A stretch of DNA of 64,000 nucleotides from Parcubacteria group bacterium M6-OD1-3 (GCA_003056165.1 LSNR01000002.1:2726-66725); one strand, 5' to 3'. Numbered from the stretch's first letter, positions 52,081 through 61,567 are shown. A program made the numbers and translations. The notes: a model not told the origin generated them from the sequence alone.

Positions 52081-52779
52081 TTATTTTTTACCAACAACAT
52101 AACTATCCGGTGTGATTTGTCCAGAGACAATAGATTCTCCCAAACCAAATCCTGCTTCAATTATTATTTGATTTCTATCTTCTGTTACTGGATGAACAGA
52201 AAAAGCAATGCCTGATTTTTCAGAATTTATCATTTTTTGGATTACTACTGCGACGGAAATTTTATCTTTATTTAATTTTTTTTCAAAACGATAAAAGATT
52301 GCTCTCGACGTAAATAGTGAAGCCCAGCATTTTTTAACATTTTTCAATAAGTCTTTTTCGGTTGTATTTAAAAAAGAATCTAATTGTCCTGCCCAAGCAT
52401 TTTCTTGTCCGTCTTCCGCTGTAGCTGAGCTACGCACTGCAACAAACTTGGCATTTAACTTTTTAAATTCTTTTTCAATTTCTTTCTTGATTGCTTCTGG
52501 AATTTTTGCTTTTAAAATCAAAGACCGGATATTTTTTGACGCTTTTTCAACACTTTGAAGCTTTTTGACATTTACTTTTTTCAACTCTTTTTGTATTTTT
52601 GAAGTTAGATTATTTTTTTCTAAAAATTCTTCAAAAGTTTTTGTTAAAATCACAAAACCGTCTGGAACTGGAATTCCCGCTTGTGTCATCTCACCAAGTG
52701 AAGCCCCTTTACCTCCAGCAATATGAGTGTCTTTTTTTGATAGTTGTTCAAATGATTTGGTAAACATATCTTCATTCAT
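52081..52779 (-). CDS. N-terminal ATP-grasp part of a PEP synthase/PPDK-family protein
   Basis: GGKGASLGEM, VAVRSSATAED, AGQLDSFLN, GLGESIVSGQITPD; ends mid-domain. Confidence 0.9.
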   Translation of the reverse strand: MNEDMFTKSFEQLSKKDTHIAGGKGASLGEMTQAGIPVPDGFVILTKTFEEFLEKNNLTSKIQKELKKVNVKKLQSVEKASKNIRSLILKAKIPEAIKKEIEKEFKKLNAKFVAVRSSATAEDGQENAWAGQLDSFLNTTEKDLLKNVKKCWASLFTSRAIFYRFEKKLNKDKISVAVVIQKMINSEKSGIAFSVHPVTEDRNQIIIEAGFGLGESIVSGQITPDSYVVGKK

Positions 52780-52820
52780 TAAAGTTTTTTCAATTCCGTC
52801 TCCAAAACCTTTTTTCCATC
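52773..52820. repeat. 48-bp direct repeat, right island boundary (NUDIX 3' end / dikinase start)
   Basis: Identical to 42593-42640. Confidence 0.92.
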
Positions 52821-53264
52821 CTTATTAAACAAAAAATTACCTTCAAAGTTTTTACCAGATAATAAAAGTGGCAACCAATACTGATCATCAACCCACATTT
52901 TTTTATAAGGAATTTCACTATGTTCAAACCATCTAGGCAACATTTCTTCCGTTTCTTCCGGCTCACCAATTATATTATCGCTGACAATAGAGAAAAAATT
53001 TACTTCCAAAATTTCTTTTAATTTATTTTCAAAACGAAAATCTATTATACCTCTTTTTATAAGACTCTCTTTGCTTTTTATTTTGAGACAACTTTCTTCA
53101 AATAATTCTCGCTCTGCTGCCTCAAAAATATTTTCATTTTTTTCTACTTTACCGCCAAAACCATTCCATTTCCCCATCCCAAACCCTCTCTTTTTCATTC
53201 CCAAAAGAATTTTTTCATTATCATAAACTAAAATCAGTGTCAGTTTTTGTTTTTTCATTATCAT
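52779..53264 (-). CDS. NUDIX hydrolase, MTH1/8-oxo-dGTPase-like
   Basis: LLGMKKRGFG.GKWNGFGGKVE...AAERELFEE, EEMLPRWF, MWVDD. Confidence 0.9.
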   Translation of the reverse strand: MIMKKQKLTLILVYDNEKILLGMKKRGFGMGKWNGFGGKVEKNENIFEAAERELFEESCLKIKSKESLIKRGIIDFRFENKLKEILEVNFFSIVSDNIIGEPEETEEMLPRWFEHSEIPYKKMWVDDQYWLPLLLSGKNFEGNFLFNKDGKKVLETELKKL

Positions 53265-53267
53265 AAT

Positions 53268-54012
53268 AATATGGAGGCCTAATATGGAGGCCTTGCCTCC
53301 ATATTCATCTATTCAAAACTATTTTTTAATATTTCTTTATTTTTTAAAATACCCCGTAGCTGTCTATTGGCAAACTGCTCATACTCTTTCTTATCCCTAG
53401 TGAAAGAATCTAAAATATATCCAGTTGTACAAAGATTAGTTTTCATATTTTTTATATATTCAGGAAGGCTGGTTCTATATTTATTATTTCTGCCACTTTC
53501 ATCTCTTTTAATTTTGTGGACTTTAAAATTTAAATTGACATATACTGATAATCTATTCAAATATTCTTGTGTGCCAATATGCTTAGCTTTAAATTTCCCT
53601 TGAAACAAAGATCCATTTCTTTTGTTTTTCTTATTAAAATACATAGTATAACCTGTTCCAATCTTTTGCATAAATTTAGAAATACCACCTTCAATATTTT
53701 GTCTCAAGATAAAATGAAAATGATTTGGCAACAAACAAAATGCCACTACTTCTACTAACATGGAGGCCTTGCCTCCATTCTTAATCTTTTTAGAATACTT
53801 GTATTGTGGGACACCACCTAGAGAGTTTTCTTGATTAAATAAATCAATAATTTGTAAAAATTTAAAAAAATCTTGGCTATCTTCAAAAATAACTCTTCTA
53901 TCTATACCTCTATTGTAAATATGATAAAATTCGTCTGTGCTAAATCTTATTTTTCTTATACTCATACTCAATTTTATATCATTTTCCCCATATGGAGGCA
54001 AGGCCTCCATAT
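53268..54012. repeat. REP-like palindromes ATGGAGGCCTTGCCTCCAT around and inside the tyrosine transposase
   Basis: Copies at 53268-53280 (half), 53281-53305, 53760-53778 and 53990-54012 (inverted). Confidence 0.85.
53309..53965 (-). CDS. REP-associated tyrosine transposase (RAYT, Y1 HUH)
   Basis: FYHIYNRG, FCLLPNHFHF (HUH), YFNKK, GSLFQGKF, YVNLN; likely start MSIRK. Confidence 0.9.
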   Translation of the reverse strand: MSIRKIRFSTDEFYHIYNRGIDRRVIFEDSQDFFKFLQIIDLFNQENSLGGVPQYKYSKKIKNGGKASMLVEVVAFCLLPNHFHFILRQNIEGGISKFMQKIGTGYTMYFNKKNKRNGSLFQGKFKAKHIGTQEYLNRLSVYVNLNFKVHKIKRDESGRNNKYRTSLPEYIKNMKTNLCTTGYILDSFTRDKKEYEQFANRQLRGILKNKEILKNSFE

Positions 54013-54027
54013 AGTTCTTGCAACTAT

Positions 54028-55446
54028 TTATTTTATTCTTTCAAACAAAATTTCTTTTTTACCTGTTTCTAGTTGTTGTTTTATTTTAATTGAAGTTTCT
54101 GGCATAAATGATTCTAGAAGCTGAGCTATAAAATACAAATCTTCAACTAATTTTTCCATTACTTTCTCAAATTCTTTCTTACTACTTTTTGCTAGTTCCC
54201 ACGGCTTTGTTTCTTCAATGTATTTATTACTCTTCTGAACAAGATGACTCCAAATTCTTTCTAGCGCCTTATCAAACCATAAGCTTTCGATAAACATTTT
54301 ATTCCACTGTATTGGATCATATATTTTTCTTTCAATATTACTAAAATCAATATTTTCACTTAATTTCACAACTCGCGAAACCAAATTTCCCAAACCATTT
54401 GCTAGATCAGCATTATATTTTTCAACCATTCTTTCTATTGTAATATCAATATCTTCTCCGAAAGTTCCAGCTGAAAGTAAAAGATAGCGTGTACCATCTG
54501 TACCAAATTTCTCCAACATCTCATCAATACTAATCACATTGCCGATTGTTTTACTCATCTTTTTTCCGTCCGATAAAATATGTCCGTGCACAAAAAGCTG
54601 TTTTGGCAACTCAATTCCTAAGTGCATTAACATTATTGGCCAAATTGTAGCGTGAACCCGTAAAATATCTTTACCCAACATTTGAATATTCGCTGGCCAA
54701 AAATCTGGAATTTTATTTACATCACCATTCCACCCTAGTCCTGTTAAATAATTTAACAAAGCATCAAACCAAACGTAAGCCGTGTGCGTTTCGTCAAATG
54801 GCAACGGAATTCCCCAATTAACATTTTTTCGTGAAATAGATAAATCTTCCAACTCATTATTTTTTAGAAATGACAAGATTTCCTTTTTATATTTTTCTGG
54901 TCTAATTTTAAAGTCATCACTTTCAATTTTTTGAATCAATTCAGTTTGTCTTTCATCCATTTTCATCATATAGCTTTCTTCCTTCATCACTTCCGGTTCT
55001 ACATTATGATCCGGACATTTTCCATCCACTAAATCACTTTCGTTTTTAAATTGCTCACAACCAACGCAATATAATCCTTCATATTCTCCCTTATAAATCA
55101 CTCCTTTATCATATAAAGTTTGCAAAGAAACCTGAATTGCTTTTTTGTGTTCAGGATTTGTCGTTCGAATAAAATTATCATATTCAATATCTAATTCTTG
55201 CCAAAGTTTTTTAAAGTCATCTGAAACTTCATTTACCAATTCCTGGGGTTTTTTGCTTTCCTCTTTTGCTTTTTGTGCAATTTTTGCTCCATGTTCATCC
55301 ATTCCCGTTAAAAAGAAGGTTTTTGTTTTTTGTAATTTATAGAATCGTGCTAATGCATCAGTCGCGACAGTTGTATATGCATGCCCAATATGCGGTTGTG
55401 CGTTAGCATAATAAATTGGAGTTGTTATATAAAATTTATTTTTCAT
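54028..55446 (-). CDS. metG: Methionyl-tRNA synthetase (short form)
   Basis: YITTPIYY, HIGH, YVWFDAL, KMSKT. Confidence 0.97.
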   Translation of the reverse strand: MKNKFYITTPIYYANAQPHIGHAYTTVATDALARFYKLQKTKTFFLTGMDEHGAKIAQKAKEESKKPQELVNEVSDDFKKLWQELDIEYDNFIRTTNPEHKKAIQVSLQTLYDKGVIYKGEYEGLYCVGCEQFKNESDLVDGKCPDHNVEPEVMKEESYMMKMDERQTELIQKIESDDFKIRPEKYKKEILSFLKNNELEDLSISRKNVNWGIPLPFDETHTAYVWFDALLNYLTGLGWNGDVNKIPDFWPANIQMLGKDILRVHATIWPIMLMHLGIELPKQLFVHGHILSDGKKMSKTIGNVISIDEMLEKFGTDGTRYLLLSAGTFGEDIDITIERMVEKYNADLANGLGNLVSRVVKLSENIDFSNIERKIYDPIQWNKMFIESLWFDKALERIWSHLVQKSNKYIEETKPWELAKSSKKEFEKVMEKLVEDLYFIAQLLESFMPETSIKIKQQLETGKKEILFERIK

Positions 55447-55500
55447 AAAAAATTGTATTTTAAAAAATATGACAAAACAACTATAGACTCACGAATTTTG

Positions 55501-55585
55501 CGGTGAGGACAGGATTCGAACCTGCGAAGAGTTGCCCCTTACACGCTTTCCAAGCGTGCTCCTTCAACCACTCGGACACCTCACC
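55501..55585 (-). tRNA. tRNA-Ser(GGA)
   Basis: GGTGAGG acceptor stem, CACGC-TTGGAAA-GCGTG anticodon arm, long variable arm, GGTTCGAATCC. Confidence 0.95.
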
Positions 55586-55588
55586 ATT

Positions 55589-57031
55589 TTAATTACTAAT
55601 TTTTTTAACGCCGATTAATCGCATCTTTTTGCCGGCAGGAGAACGTCCGATTATTATTATAATTTTATCATCCTTCTCCAACTTCTTATCATTCTTAGCT
55701 TTTTTTACCAATTTGTCAATAAATACACTCAGGTTTTTTTGCTTTTCAAATAAGTAACAATCTACACCCCACAGAAGAGAAAGTTGATTAAATGTTTTTT
55801 TATTGTTAGTCGCCACTAAAATTTGTTGCTCCGGACGAAAATGGGAAACCAATTTAGCTGTAAAACCACTAATGCTTATCATACAAATTGCCTCAGCATC
55901 AAAACTTTTAGCTAGTTCATACGCGCTTTTTACAACTACCGCGTATTCCGATTTAATTTTATAATCCAATGCCTCATAAATATCATCGTAAATGGATTCT
56001 TCGGTTTTTTCGATAATTTTACTCATAATAGAAACGCTTTCCGTTGGATATTTTCCAGTAGCGCTTTCGCCGGAAAGCATCACCGCATCAACATGATCAA
56101 TGATTGCATTAGTTACATCACCAACTTCGGCGCGTGTCGGTCGCGGATTATCTATCATACTATTCAACATTTGTGTCGCCACAATAACCGGCTTAACACA
56201 TTTTATACTCTTGGAAATAATTTCTTTTTGCAATATTATTACCCTACTTTGATCCATTTCTATTCCGAGATCTCCTCTAGCCACCATTATTGCGTCTGTC
56301 TCTTTAATAATTTCATCCAAATTGTCAATCGCTTCCTGTCGCTCAATCTTAGCGATAATTTGCGGATAATGACTCTTCTTTTTCTTTTGAATTATCTTCC
56401 GAAGCCTTTTAATATCTTTAGCATTTTTTACAAAAGAAAGTGCTACGAAATCAACATCGTTTTTTAAAGCAAAGTCCAAATCCTTTTTATCCTTAGTAGT
56501 AATAACATCAATATCCAAGTTTGCTCCAGGAATATTAACGCCCTTGTGATTTCTGATTATTCCCCCATCAATAACTTTCACCTGACAACTTTTTTTATTA
56601 TTTTTAATTATGCGTAATTTTATCAAGCCATCTTCGATTAAAATATCCTGTCCCTTTTTTAACCCTTCAAGAATATTTTTTTTATCTAAATAAACTATTT
56701 TTGCATCAATTGAATTATCTTTTTTAGATTTGCTATCAATCTCACAAATTTTAATCTTATCACCACTTTTTACAACAATTTCTTTTTCAACCGCAACTCT
56801 AATTCTTGGGCCTTGCAAATCTGCCAAAATTCCAACATTAACATTGAGTTTTTCAGAAACTTTTCGAACTCTAGTCATCACCTGTTTGTGCCAACTATGT
56901 TCTCCGTGTGAAAAATTAAAGCGTGCAACATTTAATCCGGATTGCATCATCTTCTTTAAAACCTCTTCACTTTCCGAAGCCGGTCCAATTGTCGCCACAA
57001 TTTTTGTTCTTTTTTGTTTGTATTTATTCAT
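55589..57031 (-). CDS. pyk: Pyruvate kinase
   Basis: TKIVATIGPAS, RFNFSHG, AKIE, MVARGDLG, ATQML, MLSGESA. Confidence 0.97.
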   Translation of the reverse strand: MNKYKQKRTKIVATIGPASESEEVLKKMMQSGLNVARFNFSHGEHSWHKQVMTRVRKVSEKLNVNVGILADLQGPRIRVAVEKEIVVKSGDKIKICEIDSKSKKDNSIDAKIVYLDKKNILEGLKKGQDILIEDGLIKLRIIKNNKKSCQVKVIDGGIIRNHKGVNIPGANLDIDVITTKDKKDLDFALKNDVDFVALSFVKNAKDIKRLRKIIQKKKKSHYPQIIAKIERQEAIDNLDEIIKETDAIMVARGDLGIEMDQSRVIILQKEIISKSIKCVKPVIVATQMLNSMIDNPRPTRAEVGDVTNAIIDHVDAVMLSGESATGKYPTESVSIMSKIIEKTEESIYDDIYEALDYKIKSEYAVVVKSAYELAKSFDAEAICMISISGFTAKLVSHFRPEQQILVATNNKKTFNQLSLLWGVDCYLFEKQKNLSVFIDKLVKKAKNDKKLEKDDKIIIIIGRSPAGKKMRLIGVKKISN

Positions 57032-57083
57032 AAAAATATCGTAATTAACAAATAATGTTAATTATAAACCAAAATTAGAAAAT

Positions 57084-57662
57084 TTAAAAATTAGAAAAAA
57101 TAAATTCAATTAGTCTATCCTTATTTAGAAATGTTTTGGCGGAATATGGTAGAAATTTAGCATTGTCACTTAACTGATCTTTAATTTTTTCAATAATTTT
57201 ATGCTCCACGCTTTTTTTAACTTTATCCATCTTATTTGCTACAACAATTGTTTTAATATTTTCTTCTTGTAGCAAACTGAGCATTTCTATATCAAACTCT
57301 TTAATTCCGACCCTAGCATCTATTATCAGAATAACTCTATGAGGTTTTACTCCCGAATAGGTCAAATACCAGATAATCATTTTTCTAATTTTCTCTCTTT
57401 TTCGCTTTGAAGTTTTGGCAAATCCATATCCAGGAAGATCAACAAAATAAGTTCTATTATTTATTAGAAAAAAATTTATCTCCTGCGTTCTTCCTGGTGT
57501 CGAGCTAGACCTCGCTAAGTCTTTAACTCCCACCAAAGAATTTATCAAACTAGATTTTCCAACGTTTGACCTTCCTACAAAAGCAACTTGTTTTTTTCCA
57601 TCTTCCAATATTTCATTTGTCCCCGTAATTCCCTTAATAAATTCTGCTGTTTTAATTTTCAT
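57084..57662 (-). CDS. engB: Ribosome biogenesis GTPase YihA/EngB
   Basis: GRSNVGKSS, PGRT, DLPGYG, NKMD. Confidence 0.95.
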   Translation of the reverse strand: MKIKTAEFIKGITGTNEILEDGKKQVAFVGRSNVGKSSLINSLVGVKDLARSSSTPGRTQEINFFLINNRTYFVDLPGYGFAKTSKRKREKIRKMIIWYLTYSGVKPHRVILIIDARVGIKEFDIEMLSLLQEENIKTIVVANKMDKVKKSVEHKIIEKIKDQLSDNAKFLPYSAKTFLNKDRLIEFIFSNF

Positions 57663-57744
57663 AAAATTATAAGTTATTAATTTTTTAGCTAAGCTATCCG
57701 CAAATAAAATATTTTAAAAAATTAGTTATTTAAAATTTAAAATT

Positions 57745-60477
57745 TTACAATTCTCCCCAATTTTTCCCAATTTTAATATCAGCAATTAAAGGAACTGCTA
57801 GTTTATAAACTCCCTCCATTATTTCTTTAGTTTTTTTAGCAACTTCCTCAGACTTATCTTCGCTCACTTCCAAAATAATTTCATCGTGAATTTGCAAAAT
57901 CATATCAACATATTTGTCTTTTCTGAAAAAATCATACACCGCAATCATCGCCAATTTCATAATATCGGCAGCTAATCCTTGAATCGGCATATTGATTGCC
58001 ATTCGCTCAGCCATCGCTTGAACTTGGAAATTCGGCGAATTTATTTCTGGCAAATATCGTCGTCGTCCCGTTTCTGTTTCTACAAAACCGTTTTTCTTCG
58101 CAGACTCTTTTGTTTCCCCTATGAACTTTGCCACATCAGAAAAATTTTTCATATACTGGGCGATAAATTCACCAGCATCTTCCCGTGAAATATCCGCTGA
58201 CTGTGAAAAACCGAAACTACTCATTCCGTAAATAACCCCAAAATTCAATGCTTTAGCTTGTCGTCGCATTTTTTTTGTGACAGCGGAATGCGGTACTTTA
58301 TTTACTTCCGCCGCGGTCTTAGTATGAATATCCTCTCCCGCCCAAAAAGCTTCTATCATTTTTTTATCTTTGCTCATATGTGCCATCACTCGCAAATCAA
58401 TTTGCGAGTAATCCGCTGAAACCAAAACTTTGCCATCATTCGCTTCAAAGGCTGTCCTAATTATCTTTCCTAAGTCCGTACGAATAGGAATATTTTGCAA
58501 ATTTGGATTTTCCGAAGAAAGCCTTCCTGTTGCCGTCACTGCCTGATTAAATGTGGTATGAATTCTTCCGTCGCTTTGTACTAATTTTGGAAAAGCATCC
58601 AAATAAGTTGTTTTTAATTTAAATAATTCGCGATATTTTTCAATTTTCTCGATAATTTCGTGTTTATTTTTTAATTTGTACAATTCTGGAGCAGCTGTTG
58701 AAAAGCCAGTTTTATTTTTTTTAATTCCCTGTGTGGAAATTTTTAATTTTTCAAAAAGAATTTTTCTAAGCTGTTGCGTAGAATTAACATTAAAATTTTC
58801 TCCAGCCAATTTTTGAATTTTTTCTTCCAAATTTTCAACCTGCTTATTTATTTTCTCAGCAATACCTTTAAAAATAATTTTGTTTAATTTTATTCCTTTA
58901 AGTTCCATTTCCGCCAAGACTGGGATTAGTGGGATTTCAATTTTAGTAAAAACATTTTTTAAATTTCTTTCTGTAGAAATATTTTTCTGCTCCTTACTTA
59001 TTTTATCTATTTTGTCCTCCAAAATATTTTTTAATTTAAAAAGATAATCAGCTTTTCGACATAATTTCTCAGCAACATCTTCTGTTGATGCTATTGAAAT
59101 TAAACTTATCTGTCCCATTTTTTCTTCCGAAAATTCTTCTCCCAACTCTTCGGCAATTGTCTCACTTAAATCTATTTTTAACCCGGAGTTCAAAAGATAA
59201 TCCATTAACATCACATCCTGACACAGAATCTTTTTTTTATTATCAATATAATCAATTAATTTTAAATTAATATTTCTATTTTTAAAATGTTTGTAAATAT
59301 TTTTTAATTTCCAGCCAATTTTTATAATATCTTTACTCTCTAAAATCTGTTTTAATTTTTTCAAATCTTTCTTAGCTGAAAATTCCAAGAAATATGTTTG
59401 TCCTATTTTCCAAGAAAACGCCATTTGCACATTTCCATTTTCCAAAAAATCACCGACGATAACAACCTCTTTTTGCTTTGATAATTTTTTGATAAATTTA
59501 TCAAAATCTGAATTTGCAATAATATCACACTTAAAGTTTTCTATACCAACTGGTTTTTTTTCCTCAGAATTACCAGCATCTTTCTCTCCATTGTTTTTTA
59601 AAAATCGTTTAATCAAGCTATGGAAACCAAGTTCGCGGAAAAGAATAATCAATTTATTTCGATCGAAATCATCGGTTTTGCATTTTTGCAAATTAAATTT
59701 AATCGGAACATTTGTTTTAATCGTTCCTAAATCTTTAGAAAGAAACGCTTGTGCTTTATCAGTCTCCAATTTATCTTTCACTGCTCCCTTAATTTCATCT
59801 ATATTTTTATAAACGCCTTCTAATGTTTTGTATTTTGTCAATAAATTTATAGCACCTTTTTCACCAATCCCTTTTACTCCTGGAATATTATCCGAAGTGT
59901 CTCCACACAAACCTTTATAATCTTTTAGTTGTTCTGGTTTCAAGGTATACCTTTTCCAAACCGCTTTTTTATCATACAAAACAGCTTTACTAATACCGCG
60001 ACTCATTGTATAAACTTTAACATTTGGTCGCACCAATTGTAGCGTATCTAAATCTCCAGTAACAATAATTGTTTCTAAATTGTGGTCATCGGAATTTTCC
60101 GCCATTTCAAAAGCAATAGTTCCAATAAGATCATCTGCTTCAAATCCTTCTTTTTCATAAATTGGGATTCCGAACGCTCGCACGATCTCTTTAACTCTTT
60201 CTATTTGCGCATAAAGCTCATCCGGACCCTTTACTCTGGTCGCCTTATATTCTTTAAATTTTTTGTGTCGAAAAGTCGGAGCTTTCAAGTCAAATGTAGC
60301 CACAATATATTCCGGCTGGAATTTATCAATTACAGTTAAAAGCGTTGATGCAAATCCATAAACTGCATTAACCAACTCACCTTTCTTTGTCGTAAATGGT
60401 GGTAAAGCATGAAAAGACCGATGGATAATCGCATTTCCATCAATAAGTACCAATTTTTTCTTTTGCTTTTTTGACAT
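57745..60477 (-). CDS. polA: DNA polymerase I
   Basis: 5'-3' exonuclease motifs (LIDG, EADD, GDTSDNIPG), DYSQIDLR, KALNFGVIYG, QIHDE. Confidence 0.97.
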   Translation of the reverse strand: MSKKQKKKLVLIDGNAIIHRSFHALPPFTTKKGELVNAVYGFASTLLTVIDKFQPEYIVATFDLKAPTFRHKKFKEYKATRVKGPDELYAQIERVKEIVRAFGIPIYEKEGFEADDLIGTIAFEMAENSDDHNLETIIVTGDLDTLQLVRPNVKVYTMSRGISKAVLYDKKAVWKRYTLKPEQLKDYKGLCGDTSDNIPGVKGIGEKGAINLLTKYKTLEGVYKNIDEIKGAVKDKLETDKAQAFLSKDLGTIKTNVPIKFNLQKCKTDDFDRNKLIILFRELGFHSLIKRFLKNNGEKDAGNSEEKKPVGIENFKCDIIANSDFDKFIKKLSKQKEVVIVGDFLENGNVQMAFSWKIGQTYFLEFSAKKDLKKLKQILESKDIIKIGWKLKNIYKHFKNRNINLKLIDYIDNKKKILCQDVMLMDYLLNSGLKIDLSETIAEELGEEFSEEKMGQISLISIASTEDVAEKLCRKADYLFKLKNILEDKIDKISKEQKNISTERNLKNVFTKIEIPLIPVLAEMELKGIKLNKIIFKGIAEKINKQVENLEEKIQKLAGENFNVNSTQQLRKILFEKLKISTQGIKKNKTGFSTAAPELYKLKNKHEIIEKIEKYRELFKLKTTYLDAFPKLVQSDGRIHTTFNQAVTATGRLSSENPNLQNIPIRTDLGKIIRTAFEANDGKVLVSADYSQIDLRVMAHMSKDKKMIEAFWAGEDIHTKTAAEVNKVPHSAVTKKMRRQAKALNFGVIYGMSSFGFSQSADISREDAGEFIAQYMKNFSDVAKFIGETKESAKKNGFVETETGRRRYLPEINSPNFQVQAMAERMAINMPIQGLAADIMKLAMIAVYDFFRKDKYVDMILQIHDEIILEVSEDKSEEVAKKTKEIMEGVYKLAVPLIADIKIGKNWGEL

Positions 60478-60539
60478 AATTAATTCAAATTAGTAAAACT
60501 TTCAATTTAAAATATATTATTATCTCTTACACTTCAAAT

Positions 60540-60764
60540 TTATTGTACTCCTGCGTCATTCAGTGTTTCTTTCAAATGATCGTTTTCCTTCTCCACAGCA
60601 GTATTTATTTTAACTTTAGACCGGTCATAGGTTTTTACCATACTAGTTGGGCTAAATGGATTTATCGTTTCAGTTTCGGGTTTTTTTGTCGCGTGATTTC
60701 CGCAACCACTTATAAAAACAGGCACCACTCCAATCAAAAACAAAATTATAATTTTCTTTCTCAT
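60540..60764 (-). CDS. Small lipoprotein
   Basis: Signal peptide with lipobox ISGC. Confidence 0.7.
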   Translation of the reverse strand: MRKKIIILFLIGVVPVFISGCGNHATKKPETETINPFSPTSMVKTYDRSKVKINTAVEKENDHLKETLNDAGVQ

Positions 60765-60900
60765 AAACTAAAAAATACTAAACATATTACAAACGCTTAG
60801 CATTATTATACACTATTATTGATAAATTATAAAAAGTTTATTTTGTAAAACCTCAGCATCTAAACTGTAAAATTATCTATCAACTACAGTTATTTTTTAT

Positions 60901-60935
60901 TTTAAGCCTATTTTTTTGTCGGAGCACTGGGATTC
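60901..60935. repeat. Duplicated tRNA-Pro 3' end plus trailer (35 bp, att-like)
   Basis: tttaagcctatttttttgtcggagcactgggattc, identical to 61028-61062. Confidence 0.85.
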
Positions 60936-61045
60936 CTCTCCGAGCCTGAATGCTCACAAGTTCGCATCCTTCGAATCCCATCATCTAAATTGAAGATTAT
61001 TTATAAATCACAACCATTTCTCACTTTTTTAAGCCTATTTTTTTG

Positions 61046-61118
61046 TCGGAGCACTGGGATTCGAACCCAAACTACACGGTCCCAAACCGTGCGTGCTAGC
61101 CGTTGACACCATGCTCCG
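61046..61118 (-). tRNA. tRNA-Pro(TGG)
   Basis: CGGAGCA acceptor stem, CACGG-TTTGGGA-CCGTG anticodon arm, GGTTCGAATCC. Confidence 0.93.
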
Positions 61119-61210
61119 CATTTCACTTTTGATATATTTTAAAACTATATGTTATCTTACACTCAAATAACAACTTAGTCAATGATACTAGTTTTTCCTA
61201 TTTTATAAGA

Positions 61211-61387
61211 TTATTTTTTCCAATCCTCAATAATTATTTTACTTCCTCTTTTTTTAACAACCACCTTTTGTTTCTCTCGCCATTTTAATTTTCTAACAAT
61301 CTCAATAGGAATTGTAACAGCAATTGATTGCTTACCAACCTTAGTCAATTTTCTTATGTTTCTATCTTCTAATTTTCTTGTAGACAT
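61211..61387 (-). CDS. AbrB/MazE/SpoVT-like small DNA-binding protein (58 aa)
   Basis: MSTRKLEDRNIRKLTKVGKQSIAVTIPIEIVRKLKWREKQKVVVKKRGSKIIIEDWKK. Confidence 0.8.
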   Translation of the reverse strand: MSTRKLEDRNIRKLTKVGKQSIAVTIPIEIVRKLKWREKQKVVVKKRGSKIIIEDWKK

Positions 61388-61450
61388 TTGTTTTGTTCTA
61401 TTATTTTTTAAATTATTCTATTAAATTCTATTCAAACAAATCCAATTTCT

Positions 61451-61486
61451 ATGTAAGTAATGTATTACGTAATACATTACTTACAT
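61451..61486. repeat. 36-bp perfect palindrome upstream of the AbrB-like gene
   Basis: atgtaagtaatgtattac|gtaatacattacttacat. Confidence 0.85.
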
Positions 61487-61567
61487 CTATAGCACTACTC
61501 TCACCTAAAAACTTAATATCAGTTACTAACTAATTGCTAAACATAAAAAATATGCTCTCTTTTAAAA

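Noticed and set aside
49335-52779. Ordinary PEP synthase (ppsA)
   Set aside because: No C-terminal pyruvate-binding barrel; the swivel domain is terminal and preceded by an unrelated helical domain.
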